Shown one piece after another: positions 51,469-63,996 of a stretch of DNA of 64,000 bases (positions within the stretch are counted from its first letter, which is position 1; the number at the start of each line of letters is the position of its first letter). The position numbers were made by a program, and so were the translations under genes. The stretch lies in assembly GCA_012295275.1 (NCBI GenBank), contig CM022670.1, positions 16,182,001-16,246,000 of the forward strand. The letters are read 5' to 3'. Origin of the DNA: Chrysomallon squamiferum (Eukaryota > Animalia > Mollusca). The notes under the pieces were generated by a model. It saw only the letters and a list, made by a program, of their open reading frames with translations. It was not told the origin of the DNA and ran no database searches.

Positions 51469-54400
51469 TTCACTAGCTGTCCAACAACAAAGATAAGATG
51501 ATAAGTGTCATCTCTGGTGTAGTGTGCAACCTGTGGACAGTAATCATGTTACCAACAGTAATAATGACACCTGCCACCTTGCTGTTATACATGACCTATC
51601 TACCACAATCAGTTGTTCCATCAAACAGTGCCGCACTGCTTAATGGAAAGTAAATAAAAGTAAAACCTGAGTAAAAAGAAAAGAAAAGAAACAACAAAAA
51701 TTACAAAAAGAAAGGCAAGTAAATAAACATACGCTGTGAGGAGAAGGAGATGATGATCCGTGTAGGAGATGATGAAGGCAGTTTAAAAGAAAAAAGCCAG
51801 GAGTTTGTTTTAATCCCTAGAATTGCCCTGACAGGTCAACACACTTCTCAGTGCATCGCATTGTTTTATTTGGCTCAGCAGTTTGCTAACACAATTAAGT
51901 ACAAAAATGACAAGACTTGCTGAATTGCCTTAATGAATCGTGGACCATCCAAAGGAAAAAAAAAAACTAGATGATGTCACCTTGGCTGGAGGTTTCTACT
52001 TTGTTTTCTCTTTCTACATTAAAACCAGATTTTTATAAAAACAATTACAAAACATTGTAATGTTCTTTACAGTTCTTATTTACTGTCTAAATCATTAACA
52101 TTTCTTTAGCATGCTCTTCTTTTCATTGGTTTGTGTTACAAACTGCTTCACCTTCTTTAACAAAGAATTTGAAATTTGTTTTAAAATAAATGTTTTATAA
52201 AATAAGATGCAATATATCAGTCAAAATAAAATCATGGGCAAATTTGCTGCATCTGTATCAGATTTTTTTTCTAGTATACATTTTAAATGAAGAAGAAAAA
52301 AAAAAGAGTAATTTCTGTAAATTTATTATATACAAAATACATCCTGACTTTCAGTTACTTTCAAGCGTTTTTTTCTCTAAAGCAGTATTTATTAAGGTAT
52401 GAATAATTACAGGATGACTGATGTTAAAAGGAAAGTTGGGAAGACAGGTTCCTTTGAAGGTAGGAGTGATTAAGATAAAGACTGTCTCAATCAATACTGC
52501 TACCTGTGTGATGCAGAGTTTGCCCAGTGAAGGAGTCAGAAGACACTGGCTGTGTATGCTGAGTACACAACCCGAACCTCTAGACTTTCCTCCCAGGTTA
52601 AAACATATTGCCTAAGCACTGACTTTACACACTTTTTGCTCTGGCGAATTACATAAAGAACGCATTAACAATGGAAACATTACTTGTGAAAAGAAAAACA
52701 TCTAAAAGTGATAAACTGATTCTGACAACAACGTTATTGAAGATGTTCTTAACCTGTTGTGTGCCTTTAATGACTGATACACTGATTTTCACTTCCACAG
52801 TCCCAAAATAACAGTTAGCAGCCATAAAACATCACAACAGAATTTTCAGTTTGTGATATCATTTTTCAATGGTTATGGATTTTGTCTACTACATCTATCA
52901 TAGTTCAAACTTTTTTCTTTAGATTATGTAACCTATCGCAAAATGAAAAAGTTAACGATTATTTACAAAATGTCTGATTAGCCATGTCTGTTTTTATGGT
53001 TTATAATTTGTTAATATTTCAAATAAAAAAAAAAAAAAAAAAATAAAAAATTTATCTCTTACTGAATTTTAAACAATATTATATTGTGAAGGCTTATTAT
53101 CATTGTCATGAGTAATTAAAATCAATTTTTACAATCTGATAATATTTTAAGAATAAATAGTCTACAAATACAGATCAAAAATAAGGAGCTGTTAATTCTT
53201 TCATCACATTAATAATATTTACAAAATTAATACGAGTCAATTTGGTATTATAGTATTACCAATATATATATATATATAAATGTATTTCATTAAAAACAAA
53301 TATAATCAGATCTGTAAGATTTGGAGTTATGCAAGTCAGCAACCTCATAAGGAAAAACCTACCTGTTCCTCAAATGAAAACTCATTCATGTTCATATTTA
53401 CTTTTCCTAGTTCAAAGGAACAGCGTGAAAATATACAATCTGAAATATCAAACTGACAAGAACAAGTGCTAAATCCAATGTTTCAAATAACTGGTCATGC
53501 ACTGCCTCTAATTTCTGCTGAGCATTCTGTTGTGATTGAGTGTGATCTAGGTTCAGTGACAAGCAAATATTAATAGCAAGTGGTTGTGTTTTTTTTTCTT
53601 TTCTTTTTTCTGGCAGGTAACAAATTAGGTATTACAACGATACTGTTACATAAAGACAATAAATGCTTATCCAGTATTACAGCACCTTGCTTTCAACCTG
53701 TTTACAAAAAGACTATGCAAGTATTATACACTTGGCTTCTGGTTTTAACAACTGTTGTCTTTTTTTCTTCCCTAGCATGATAGAAAGAGAAAACAGAATG
53801 GTTATTCTAAGAAGTCACCTTTTTTTTTGCATAATTTTATTCATAAAGGAAAGAGAAGTTTGACAAAAATATGAATGTGTTTCTATTAAAGTAATGACCT
53901 TTATAAACTATATTTATAATTTCAAATAAAAATACCATTTACCCGTACCACTAATTAACAAGTTTGAAACTGAAGTAACCATTTCTATTTCAGATATTTC
54001 TATACCTACATGTTGGTTTTTGAACTTTTTATTACTTATTATTATTTTTTCTTTTTATATAATTTATTCAAAAGGTGGAAGATATATCTGTATACTCAAA
54101 AATTAGTTTTCAAAAGAATGATTTAAATTAAAGCTCAACAAATTATTGTTTTTCAAATGAATTTTTTTCCAGATACACAGTGTTGACATCCATTCCATGT
54201 TACAAAATCATTTCATGAAATGTGAATAAATAAATGATGACTTTGTTCACACATCCTAATTTTAACTGACAGAGAATCTTTATCAAAAGCCTAGTCGTCC
54301 AATGCTGATTAATACAACAACAAATAAAACATGGGGTAATTTAAATAAAAACTTAAAGATAGAAATTAAAAACCCTACATTTTGTAAAATTAAACTAAAT

Positions 54401-54899
54401 TAATAATTATTTTTGATTAGGGGCTCAAAAACAATAAATGTAATGATTATGTATTACTGCTACTAAAAGCCGTATCAATGAATTTAAACAAATTGTATGT
54501 TTTATACTAACTAAGGGAAATAATTACAGAATCATTTCTTACTAGCCTTGAAGAATTGTCTCCCATATTATGTTTTTCTGCTATCAGTTCAATTATTTCA
54601 ATTAAAATTAACATGAATTTAAAAAAAAAAAAAAATAGTAATAATAAATTTAAAAACTTTAAAAAATATATAAATAAATGAAAATAAAATACCATATATA
54701 GCCAAAATAATAACTATCTAAATTATAAAAATAATAAATAATAATAAAAATAAATAAATTGTAATAAATAAATAAATAATGTGAAATGTTTCTAAACACA
54801 CACCATACACACACACACACAAATGACGTTTTATATTTAGAAAGTAGAAATTAGTTTTAAAATATAATTTCATCATTTCACTATGTATTTCATCCAGCT

Positions 54900-55330
54900 T
54901 TGTGACACTAGTTCGCGAATGTTAATCTAAAGACAATAAAATATAAATAAAATAAAATAATTCAATGACATTTGTTTAGACGTTATTTATGTTATTGTCG
55001 GTAAACAGACAAAACGAGGCGACAGAAGCGGAACGACAAACGGTATAATTCCGCTTCCACTGATCCAAGCACCAAAAAAAAAAAACGCTGATACACTACA
55101 CACGATTTAATTAAGCTGGCGATAAAAGATATTGTTACAAGTGGAGGTAAGAAAAAACGTTTACCATGTCCCTCTAACTGATCAAATGTCTAATTCATCT
55201 GGAGACACGAAACAGACGTAACACGTATGAAAGACACGTGCGCTGTACTCAACCAATTAGCTTATTGATTACAGGTTATAGTGACAGTAAGATTGTTTTA
55301 ACAGTGGATCTCTTAAGGTAGTTCGCCACA
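54900..55330 (-). promoter_or_regulatory. Putative gene 1 promoter / first exon region
   Basis: Local CpG enrichment versus CpG-poor surroundings; E-box CACGTG at 55235-55240; CCAAT at 55253-55257; immediately surrounds the ATG|GT exon. Confidence 0.65.
55165..55167 (-). CDS. Gene 1 exon 1 coding part (initiator ATG only)
   Basis: gagggacATG|gtaaac is a phase-0 donor giving M-ASEGESKLPK with exon 2; it lies in a locally CpG-dense segment. Confidence 0.75.
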
Positions 55331-55443
55331 GGTATATATTTTTTTAATGATAAAAATAAAAAAAGTCTGAAAGTGAAAAGATCAATTAAGTAATTACTGT
55401 AATTTGAATTTTATTTATCTTGAATTTATTATTATTATTATTT

Positions 55444-55483
<40 letters not shown>

Positions 55484-58400
55484 TAGTAAAATATAATTTT
55501 ATTGCTTTTATGTTCATCATTTGAAGTGTACGTTTGGTGACACGAATAAATTGTCTAATAAAATTCTATGTTCCAAATTACTGTTTTATTGTTTTGTGTG
55601 ACCTAGTAAAATAATACTGTAATACACTTGAATGCCGCTGTTTTACCCCTTTTCAATTAGTGTCATGAGGTTATCGCGGACTGACAGGTGGATTTTTATC
55701 TTTACAGCAAATCTGTTCGCCCGAAATGTAATGACCATCATGACTGCAGATATTCTTTTGTTGTATTAATTAATGACTTTCCATTTCGATAAATAAATTT
55801 TATGGATAATTAATTTTTAAAAAATAACATTTTATTTATTTATTTATTTTTTACATAAAAGTATGAGAAATAATTAGTGTTAAAAGGAATTCTTGTAATT
55901 AATAAATAATCTTCATGAATATTATACTCTTCAAAAAAGAAATGCAAAATGATTTAAATTAATTTTATATATGATACTACCATGGTATATACAGTACTGT
56001 TAAAAATATTGCTTTTGTGCATATGCATGTAGCCACAACTGAGTGAATAACAACATAAGCAGGTGAATGTAGCAAGGACATTCCATGTATCTCCAAGACA
56101 CCACACTGGAGGTACTGAACATCATGTTTCCATTTCTGCAGATCACATATAGCCATCAAGACTGGTATATATAGATCCGAAACAGCAACCTCTACTGCTT
56201 TGGGAATACCATGAGTAGAATATCAGCTCTGAAGTCACCTAAGCAATGCATGTATCAGAACCAGACATCAGTCACTACGAGTCTGGCTGCTGCTGAGATG
56301 GGTCAGTGTGTTCTTTAGTGACAGGTCTTGTTTTTATTTTATCATGTTGATGGAAGAAATTGAGTTTAAAGATGCCATGGTGAAGATTATGCAGCAAATG
56401 GTATAAAGGTTCTTGACAGATTTTGCAGTAATAGTATGGTGTGAACAGCAGTTTTGCACACATGCAGAATCAACATCTTACAGGCACAAAGATAAAACAC
56501 TAAGATAAAATACTGCATCAATACATCATTCCCATTATGAATAATGCTAATAATTTTAGTATATTAATTTTATGGCTGTGTTATTATGAAATTTTATTTA
56601 AAAAAAAAAGAAAAAAAAAGTGTAAAATAAATCATTTCATTTAAATTATTTTTGTTTTATATTAAAATTATTTTATTATTTACAAAGATGAAGCTGCACT
56701 TTTTTTCCTTTCCATAAACAACATAAAAATTGGAAAAAGAATGTTTCCAATAACACAATTTTTTTTTTTTTTTTTTTTTAAATTTTGAATTATGTAGTGA
56801 CGGTTAAGTGTTTTGTGATATAAGTGTATTTCTGGCAGAAATTACATTTTAATGTGAAGAAAGTACATAATCTGCTAAAATTTTAGAATTTTTTTGTACA
56901 ATATACCTGAATAACGTGATTAAACAAATATTAACTGAGGCATTCAGCAATATATAATAACAAATTTAAATGCTAAATGTTTTCTTTTTTCAAAAGTAAG
57001 ATGTTTAAATTACCTATATATTATTATTATTATTTTAAATCAGTGTGGCATACTTAAAATGGAGCCCATTAAATAACTGTAATTAGAGGTAAGTGTTGAT
57101 CAAAGAAACGTGATAACAGTTAATCAGAAAATAAAAATAATATTAAAATTTTCAATTATTAACAATCGCAGAAAACCAATAAACAGTAAGTAAACACAAA
57201 AAAGTTCAAATACTTTTCATTTATTTCCTTTGGAGTAGGAGTGAAATTACATGTACTGTCATATTTTGAAAAACACTCAGTAAACCATGAGCTTATGGTA
57301 ATGATGTAACAATTATGAAGATCTTTGTAAAATATCTCATTGGTTTTTAAACAAGTATTTGCCTAATTTCTGTCAGTCCTTTCCAAACTAATTTTTACAA
57401 ATTAATCAAATGTAACACAACTTTACAACTACTAAAATAAACAAATGACCTTGTGCAAAAATAATTATCAGAAAGAACAGGTGTAACAAATTTTATAAAA
57501 TATAAAATAAAACAATTACATTTGAATATTTTCTAAACAATTTATAAGTTTAGTGTCAATCTTTAAATTGTTTCTAGGATATACATGATGACCCCATTTC
57601 TAAATACTGAAATATATTTTAAAAAAAATATTTAATAAAGTGTTATTAAATTTTAAATTATTATTTTTTTGAGGAAAAAAACATTAATGAATTTTAATGG
57701 GAAGTGTAGAATACATGGAAAATTTGGTCAATTCCCTATTCCCTAAATACAAAATTGGAGGGAAAAAAAAAACAAATCCTAAATACAATATTCGACAAAA
57801 TTCTGCATATCTCCCCAAAAGACATAATAATGATCAATTTATTGTCAACAATTTACATATATTTTCCAGTTTTCATAACTTCAGTAAGTCATAAGAGTAT
57901 CAATGAACTTTAAGCTATTCTTTATATTACCATTTAAATACTGAAATACGCTTTGTTAATAAAGAATAAAAAATGATAACCTCTAAAACGTTTTCAGAGA
58001 TGGAAATCTATGGGTGCCATTATGATAAATGAATAAAACATTAAATTTTAATCATATTTTTATGTGATTATGTCACACTAAAATAAGTGTAGTGTAGATG
58101 ACTGGACATCAATGGCAAAAACAAGTGAAGTCAAGGTCTGTACAAATGATAAGAACAACAATTCCATGTTCATTGATAAAATACAAGAAGAAAATCGCGC
58201 AGTCATAGAATTCACAAATAATTAATGGATTGAAGCTGTAAGAATGAAGTGAAATAGCATCTCAAGAAAAGGTATTTTAAATATAATAGCAACAGAAAAG
58301 GATACATTTACATAGAGACTCTGATACAAAAAGGAAAATTGATACATTTTATGACACTTAACTTACAAAAGTAATGTTTTCTCCTTTAATCAAGAGAGTT

Positions 58401-59114
58401 CAAACGAGTTCATCAACAATAAATAAAAAAGTTAAAAATGTGTCTTCTTCTGACTGGACAAAAAATAGAAAAGGAAGTTCCAAAACATCCACATATATAC
58501 AAACCCAGACAAGGTGTACTGTTTATTTTTAAACATTTCAAACAAATAAATCTCTAATTTTCAGTAACATTACTTTAAAAAAGGAGAACATATCCAAACA
58601 CAATCTTTTCCCTTAAAAGAAGTACATACATGCATTTTGGTAAATGTGGTTATTAATTTATTTTGACTTAATTAAAACTATTTTTTTTTATTTTTTTTTA
58701 TTTTTTTAAAATATGAATTTTAAAGTAATAATAACAATGTTCAAATGATATCTAAACAGTAATGAATGAATATTCATTAACTAATTGAAAAATGTTATTT
58801 TACACTTTTCAAGGAAAAAATTAAAAAAAAACCTATTTTGTTGAAGCACTTTTTACAGATAAGAAACTATCATGTTTTGGAAACACCTATCACATTACAA
58901 AAAATGCTATCAGTATCAGCATGACAAAACAATCTATTTTATTACTGTACAAACAAAATGTAAAAAAAAAAAAGTATTATCTGATCCATATTCAAAAGAG
59001 AGAAAACACAATTACAAGCTACACTGACAATTCCAAAAATAAATGTTTATCATTCTTCTCTTACTTTTAAAAAAAAAATCAAGTAATTCGTGGTTTCTAA
59101 TAAGAAAATGGTGA

Positions 59115-59309
59115 TTATGGCATTTCAGCATACAGGGTATTTTCTCCTGTTCCAGACACCTCTGAGTTTGGCTGCATGGCAAACTGTACTGGTCCATCCT
59201 GCTCAACAATGGCGTGAGTGACCTCATTGGGGTCAGCTGCTTGGACAATAATGATTGTTTCTTGACCACTTTCAGTCTGAAGTGTTGTGAATGTCTGACC
59301 CTGTAAAAC
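59115..59309 (-). CDS. Gene 2 terminal exon ((VLQ)GQTFTTLQTESGQETIIIVQAADPNEVTHAIVEQDGPVQFAMQPNSEVSGTGENTLYAEMP*)
   Basis: Two in-frame phase-0 acceptors (start 59309 after aattag, or 59300 after ttttacag); TAA at 59117-59115. Not in the ORF track in this frame. Confidence 0.85.
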   Translation of the reverse strand, partial: VLQGQTFTTLQTESGQETIIIVQAADPNEVTHAIVEQDGPVQFAMQPNSEVSGTGENTLYAEMP

Positions 59310-59845
59310 CTAATTTAAAAACAAACAAAAAAAACATCATTCTTAATATGTAATTTAAAATAATAAATGCAATAAAAGTTATTTTCAATTTTCAAACTTG
59401 TTAAATTCAGGGGGAGGTCCTGATTTACCCTGCTCCTAATATAATTAGAAGATTAAATTTTATGCAGTGCTATCATTTAAATCTATTTGAACCATCAAAA
59501 TTAGAAATCCATTTAAGACATTAATTCTAAATCTTTTACAAATATATTTTAATTTTGTAAAATTATTATTTCATTAATTTGGTTTTTGACATGTTATGAT
59601 TGCTAATATTCACATATTTGTTGTGTTTTTCAATCAATCTCTGTATTTGAATATTTGAATACTGCTGTTTTGACTTGTCAGACTGTAAGATTATGTTCGT
59701 TTACAACTGTGTTTTACAATTAATCCCTGTACGAATTATAGTAATGACTTAAAGCTAACTGTAGTCTAATATCATGACGAAAACAAGAGCAGGCATAAAA
59801 TAATCAAATTGCAAGTGCTAATAATCTCAGATGTGTTGAACATAC

Positions 59846-60019
59846 CTGTGAAGCATCAGTCACAATAGCTGTGTATGTCCCATCAGACATGGTGGCGTAT
59901 ACAGTAGTACTTCCGTCTTCATTCTCCTGCACGTCCTGCTCTGTCAGAGTGACTGTGTGTTCCTCATCAATTTCATCCATGTCATCGGGAACTTCATCTT
60001 CAATCTTACGAATATATGC
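59846..60019 (-). CDS. Gene 2 exon (acidic: AYIRKIEDEVPDDMDEIDEEH...IVTDASQ)
   Basis: tttcag| acceptor and CAG|gtatgt donor; 174 nt, phase 0 to 0. Confidence 0.92.
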
Positions 60020-60294
60020 CTGAAACATTATAACATATGATTTTGCTATCATGAAAAGTGGTAACTAACATCCACTTAATTTATATTTAAAAAAATTTTA
60101 AAAATGAAAACAGAAAATGTAAATTTTTTTTTCAATTGTCAAGGAGTTTATTTTCAGCAATTAAAACACTAAGCTAATTTTTCTGCAGTTAAATGAAAAA
60201 AAAAAAAAAAAAAATAATAAGAATGGAAAAAATGGAAACCTTTTAATAATAATAAAAAATAAACTTTATTTGCAGATGGATTAAAAATTATCAC

Positions 60295-60632
60295 CTGCAT
60301 GGCTTTTGCAGCTTCTCCATGTGCCACATGGACTTTTCCAATGTGTTCAAGCAGAAGCTTCTTGCGTTTGAATGTCTCGTGACACATGTCACACATATAC
60401 GGAGATAGTTTCTTGTGCACTAGCTGAATGTGGGACATCAGATTGGACTTGTTGTTAAAACAACGGCCACAGTCGCTGCATTTGTGTGGCTTCTCTCCAG
60501 TGTGGATCAGCATGTGTCGGTCAACATGGTACTTCTTGGTAAAACGTTTTTCACATACAGAGCAGATGAAAATCTTCTGATTGGGCGATTTCCATCCTTC
60601 ATGTACACGTTTGGTGTGGCCAATTAGGGCAC
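60295..60632 (-). CDS. Gene 2 exon with C2H2 fingers 5(end)-8
   Basis: attaaag| acceptor and CAG|gtgata donor; 338 nt, phase 1 to 0; [32 protein letters not shown]. Confidence 0.95.
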
Positions 60633-60977
60633 CTTTAATAACAAATATATTAATCATTAAAGTTTATACTGCAAAATTACATGTACTGACAAAAATCTGG
60701 CTGGATTTGAAAATAAAATATTTATTTTCTAGATTGTGGAGATATATTTAAACTTTTTGTTTTGCATGAAATTTTATTATCAAACTTCTGTTTCTACAAT
60801 AAAATGTATACTGACCCTCCAGCAGCCCCCCAGAAAAAAAAAAAAAACCTCCACATAAATGAATTAAATAGAAAGCACCCTTCAGAAATAAATCCAAAGT
60901 AGTATGATTAAAACAAAAGAGCCAAGAAATATTTAACATTTTCCTTATAACAGATCTGTACAGAACATCAGAATTAC

Positions 60978-61164
60978 CTAGAGTCTTAAAAGCAGCTTTG
61001 CAGGTATTACACAAATACTGTCGAGTGTGCAAATGCATTCCCTTGATATGGGTGTTGAGATTTCCTCGGAATGCAGAAGTATAGTCACAGTGTGGACACT
61101 TGTATGGACGTCGGCCAGAGTGAACGGTTCTCATATGTGAACTCATCCCAGTTTTTAGGACAAC
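60978..61164 (-). CDS. Gene 2 exon with C2H2 fingers 3(end)-5(start)
   Basis: ctgcag| acceptor and G|gtaatt donor; 187 nt, phase 0 to 1; HMRTVHSGRRPYKCPHCDYTSAFRGNLNTHIKGMH. Confidence 0.95.
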
Positions 61165-61438
61165 CTGCAGAAACAAACAATAAACCATCTTACACAGTGG
61201 CATATCTATTATGTTAAAAAATATTTTATCACAAGTTTATCCAGATTGTTTTGTTTTTTTCTTAACAAATAAACAATTCATGATAAAACTGCTTTAGAGA
61301 ATCAATGGTAACAGTCTATAACTTGGCCAATATATTTGGTTGAAAACAAAAAAAAGAGAAATAAAAATTGTTATCATGCTGATTTAAATTTGATATGTAA
61401 TAATTTAAAACTTAAAGTTTATATATGAATTTGATTAC

Positions 61439-63996
61439 CTTTCCACATATAGGGCATGGAATCTGCATTCTGTTCTGCTGGTGAAGCTCCATGTGACGTT
61501 TCATGTTCTTGGTAACCTTGCCACATTCAGTGCAGGTTTCTCCTGAATCATCAATGCCTGTGGTAGAAACTTTCATAATCCGTTCTCGCCATTTTGCATT
61601 TCTCATTTCCTCATCATAATCTGGTTCATCTTTGTGCTTACTTTTGATATGCTTCACTAAGCCAATAAAAGCTTTATCACAAAATGGGCACTTCAAAGCT
61701 TCCTCTGTATTTCTTTTAATAGATTTTCTTCTTGGTTCATTATCTTCAAACAAGCTTGGATCTTCCTCACGTCTTCGTCGTCGTCTTGGACTGTCATCAT
61801 CATCATCTTCATCATCAAAATCTACTGCATCAATCTCTGCATCCACATTTAAAGGACCAAACTTTTTCTTTTTCAGTCTGGGATCTGTCTGTGTTTGAAC
61901 TGATCTACGTCCTGCAGATTCCAATATAGTTTCAACCTCAACAAACTGAGCAGTCTGAGTACCATGACTGGATTGTCTTTCACCATCACCAAATTCATCT
62001 TCATCTATTTGATCTATATTGTAAACATCTCCTGTGCCAGTTGGTGTTCCTGGTATAATTCTAATGACACGTTTAGAATCAGACCCTCCTGGAGTAGTAA
62101 ATGAATCAGATGTTTGCAGAATGGAATTTGATTCCACTGAAGTTGTCAAACTTGTAGGAATTTCTTCACCAGTTTCTTCCTCTTCTTCATCATCATCCAT
62201 GGGTTCAGCCTTGACAATAGTGTATGTTTCCTCATCATCTTCACTGATCTGATCAGCAGTTCTAGGAAGATCTCCAGAACTGGTTGGAGAAGATATGTTA
62301 CCAGATAACCCCACCATAATTCTTCGCTTCTTTTGTGACTGTCCAGTCTGTGCTGTTGAGGTGGTTTGTGTTCCTGAAAACTGAGTGCTTGACATAGATG
62401 TTGAATTGTTAGTTTCTGAATCAGCAATAAAATTTTCTTCTGCTTGGTCTTTTGTTCTCTTCCTGTCTTTTGAAGGTGATTCTACAGATGATGTTGCTGA
62501 GGTAATGTCATCTACTCTGTTTTTAAATGGTCGACCTCTTTTTGGAGTAGCTGGAACTTCTTTTGGTTGTGCAACTGTTTTGTCTTGATATTGTTCTGGT
62601 TTTCCTGCTACTTCTTCTTTAATATTTTCTATGGTTTTTGGTGGCCTGCCTCTTCCCCTTTTTGGTGTAATTTCTTCTTCTTCAGCTACTATTTTTTTGG
62701 TTGTTTTTGGTATAGATTTAGTTTGAGCATCTTCATCTTCATCAGTTTTTTGCTTTGTCGATTTTATATGTTTATCATTTTCTTCAGAAGTATTTGATCG
62801 ACCTTTGAGTTTTGCTTCTGCACTCTGAACCTTCTTTTCTTTTTCTTCACTATTTTCACTACTTTTTGAAGGAGGTCGACCTCGACTTCGTTTAGGCTCA
62901 AGTTTATCCTCTGATTTTCCATCTTTCACATTTTTCCCACTTTCTACAGTTTCACTTTCTGTTTCTTTTGGTCGACCTCGACCTCTCTTTGGTGTTGCTG
63001 CATTTTCCTCTGAAGTACTAGTATCAGTAACTGTGTCAGACTTCCGACTTGATCTTCCTCTCACTCTTTTCAACTCTGTTTGTTCATCATCAGCCATTTC
63101 TTTCTGTGATGGTCTACCTCTCTTAGTTTTGGGAGTATCTTCAGCTTGTTCAGCATCTAAACTTTTTCTAGAAGGCCTTCCACGACCTTTTTTTATTTCA
63201 GTTATCCCTTTTGGCTCCTCTTCATCACTATCTTGTGTTGTTGCTTTAGCTTCACCTTTCTTTTTCTCAGAAAGCTCTGCTTCCATTTCTTTACGAACTC
63301 TACCTCTTGCTTTCCTAGGTTCAGGGGATTCAGAGTTTTCATCAGTCTCTTTGCTGACTTGTCCTCTTTTTTTCAATTTTTCATTGTTTAATTTTTTATC
63401 TTCTTTGGATTCAGGTTTAACCAACTGACTAGCTTCTTCAGATCCCTTACGTAACCTTCTTCTCCTTGGAGTTTCTAAATCTGATTTTTCCTCCAAGTCC
63501 TTTTTGGATGCAATCTTTTTTTCATCTGTTTCAGGATCCTTCCGTGGTCGACCTCTTTTCTTTGGTGTATCAGAAACTGCAATTTTATCTTTCTCAATAC
63601 CTTCAGATTCTGATAGATCGGTTTCTTGTTGCTTTTTACCTCCTTTTATAAATTTATCACCATCCTCGTCTTTTTTCTGACCTCTTTTTCTGGTTGTTTT
63701 CACTTCTTCAGAAGATTTACTTTCCTCTGCTTGTTCTTGAACACTTTGAGCCAAAGCCTGAATTTTAGCTAATTGAGCTTCTTGTTCATTTTGTGGAGGA
63801 GCTAATGTATCATCTTTTCTAATATCAGTTTCTAAGTGTTCTTCTGCTTTACTGTTTTTATTTTTATCCTCAAGCAAAACATAACTTTCTTTGACAATCA
63901 TGTCTTCTACCACTGGCTCAGAATTTGTACTTTCTGCAGGTGGTTCCTCTTCTATTAATGATTTGTCTACATCCTCAATCATATTAATATTTGAAC
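61439..63996 (-). CDS. Gene 2 large exon: acidic/basic region with AT-hook array and fingers 1-3(start)
   Basis: 856-aa ORF ending at donor AAG|gtaatc (phase 0). A possible acceptor tcag| lies at 63997-64000; the 5' boundary is uncertain. Confidence 0.92.

Larger units (their letters stand above)
9573..55167 (-). other. MTUS1/2-like: Gene 1 locus: CAP-Gly domain plus MTUS1/MTUS2-type coiled-coil microtubule-associated protein (19 coding exons, ~1857 aa)
   Basis: All 19 exons join with matching codon phases and sum to 5574 nt. C-terminal EKESKTNKRLSMDYEELMWKL and KEIESLKTVIEMRNEEI resemble the MTUS1/MTUS2/CCDC69 coiled coil (recalled: [22 protein letters not shown]). The N-terminus has a CAP-Gly motif, [25 protein letters not shown]. 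Confidence 0.85.
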
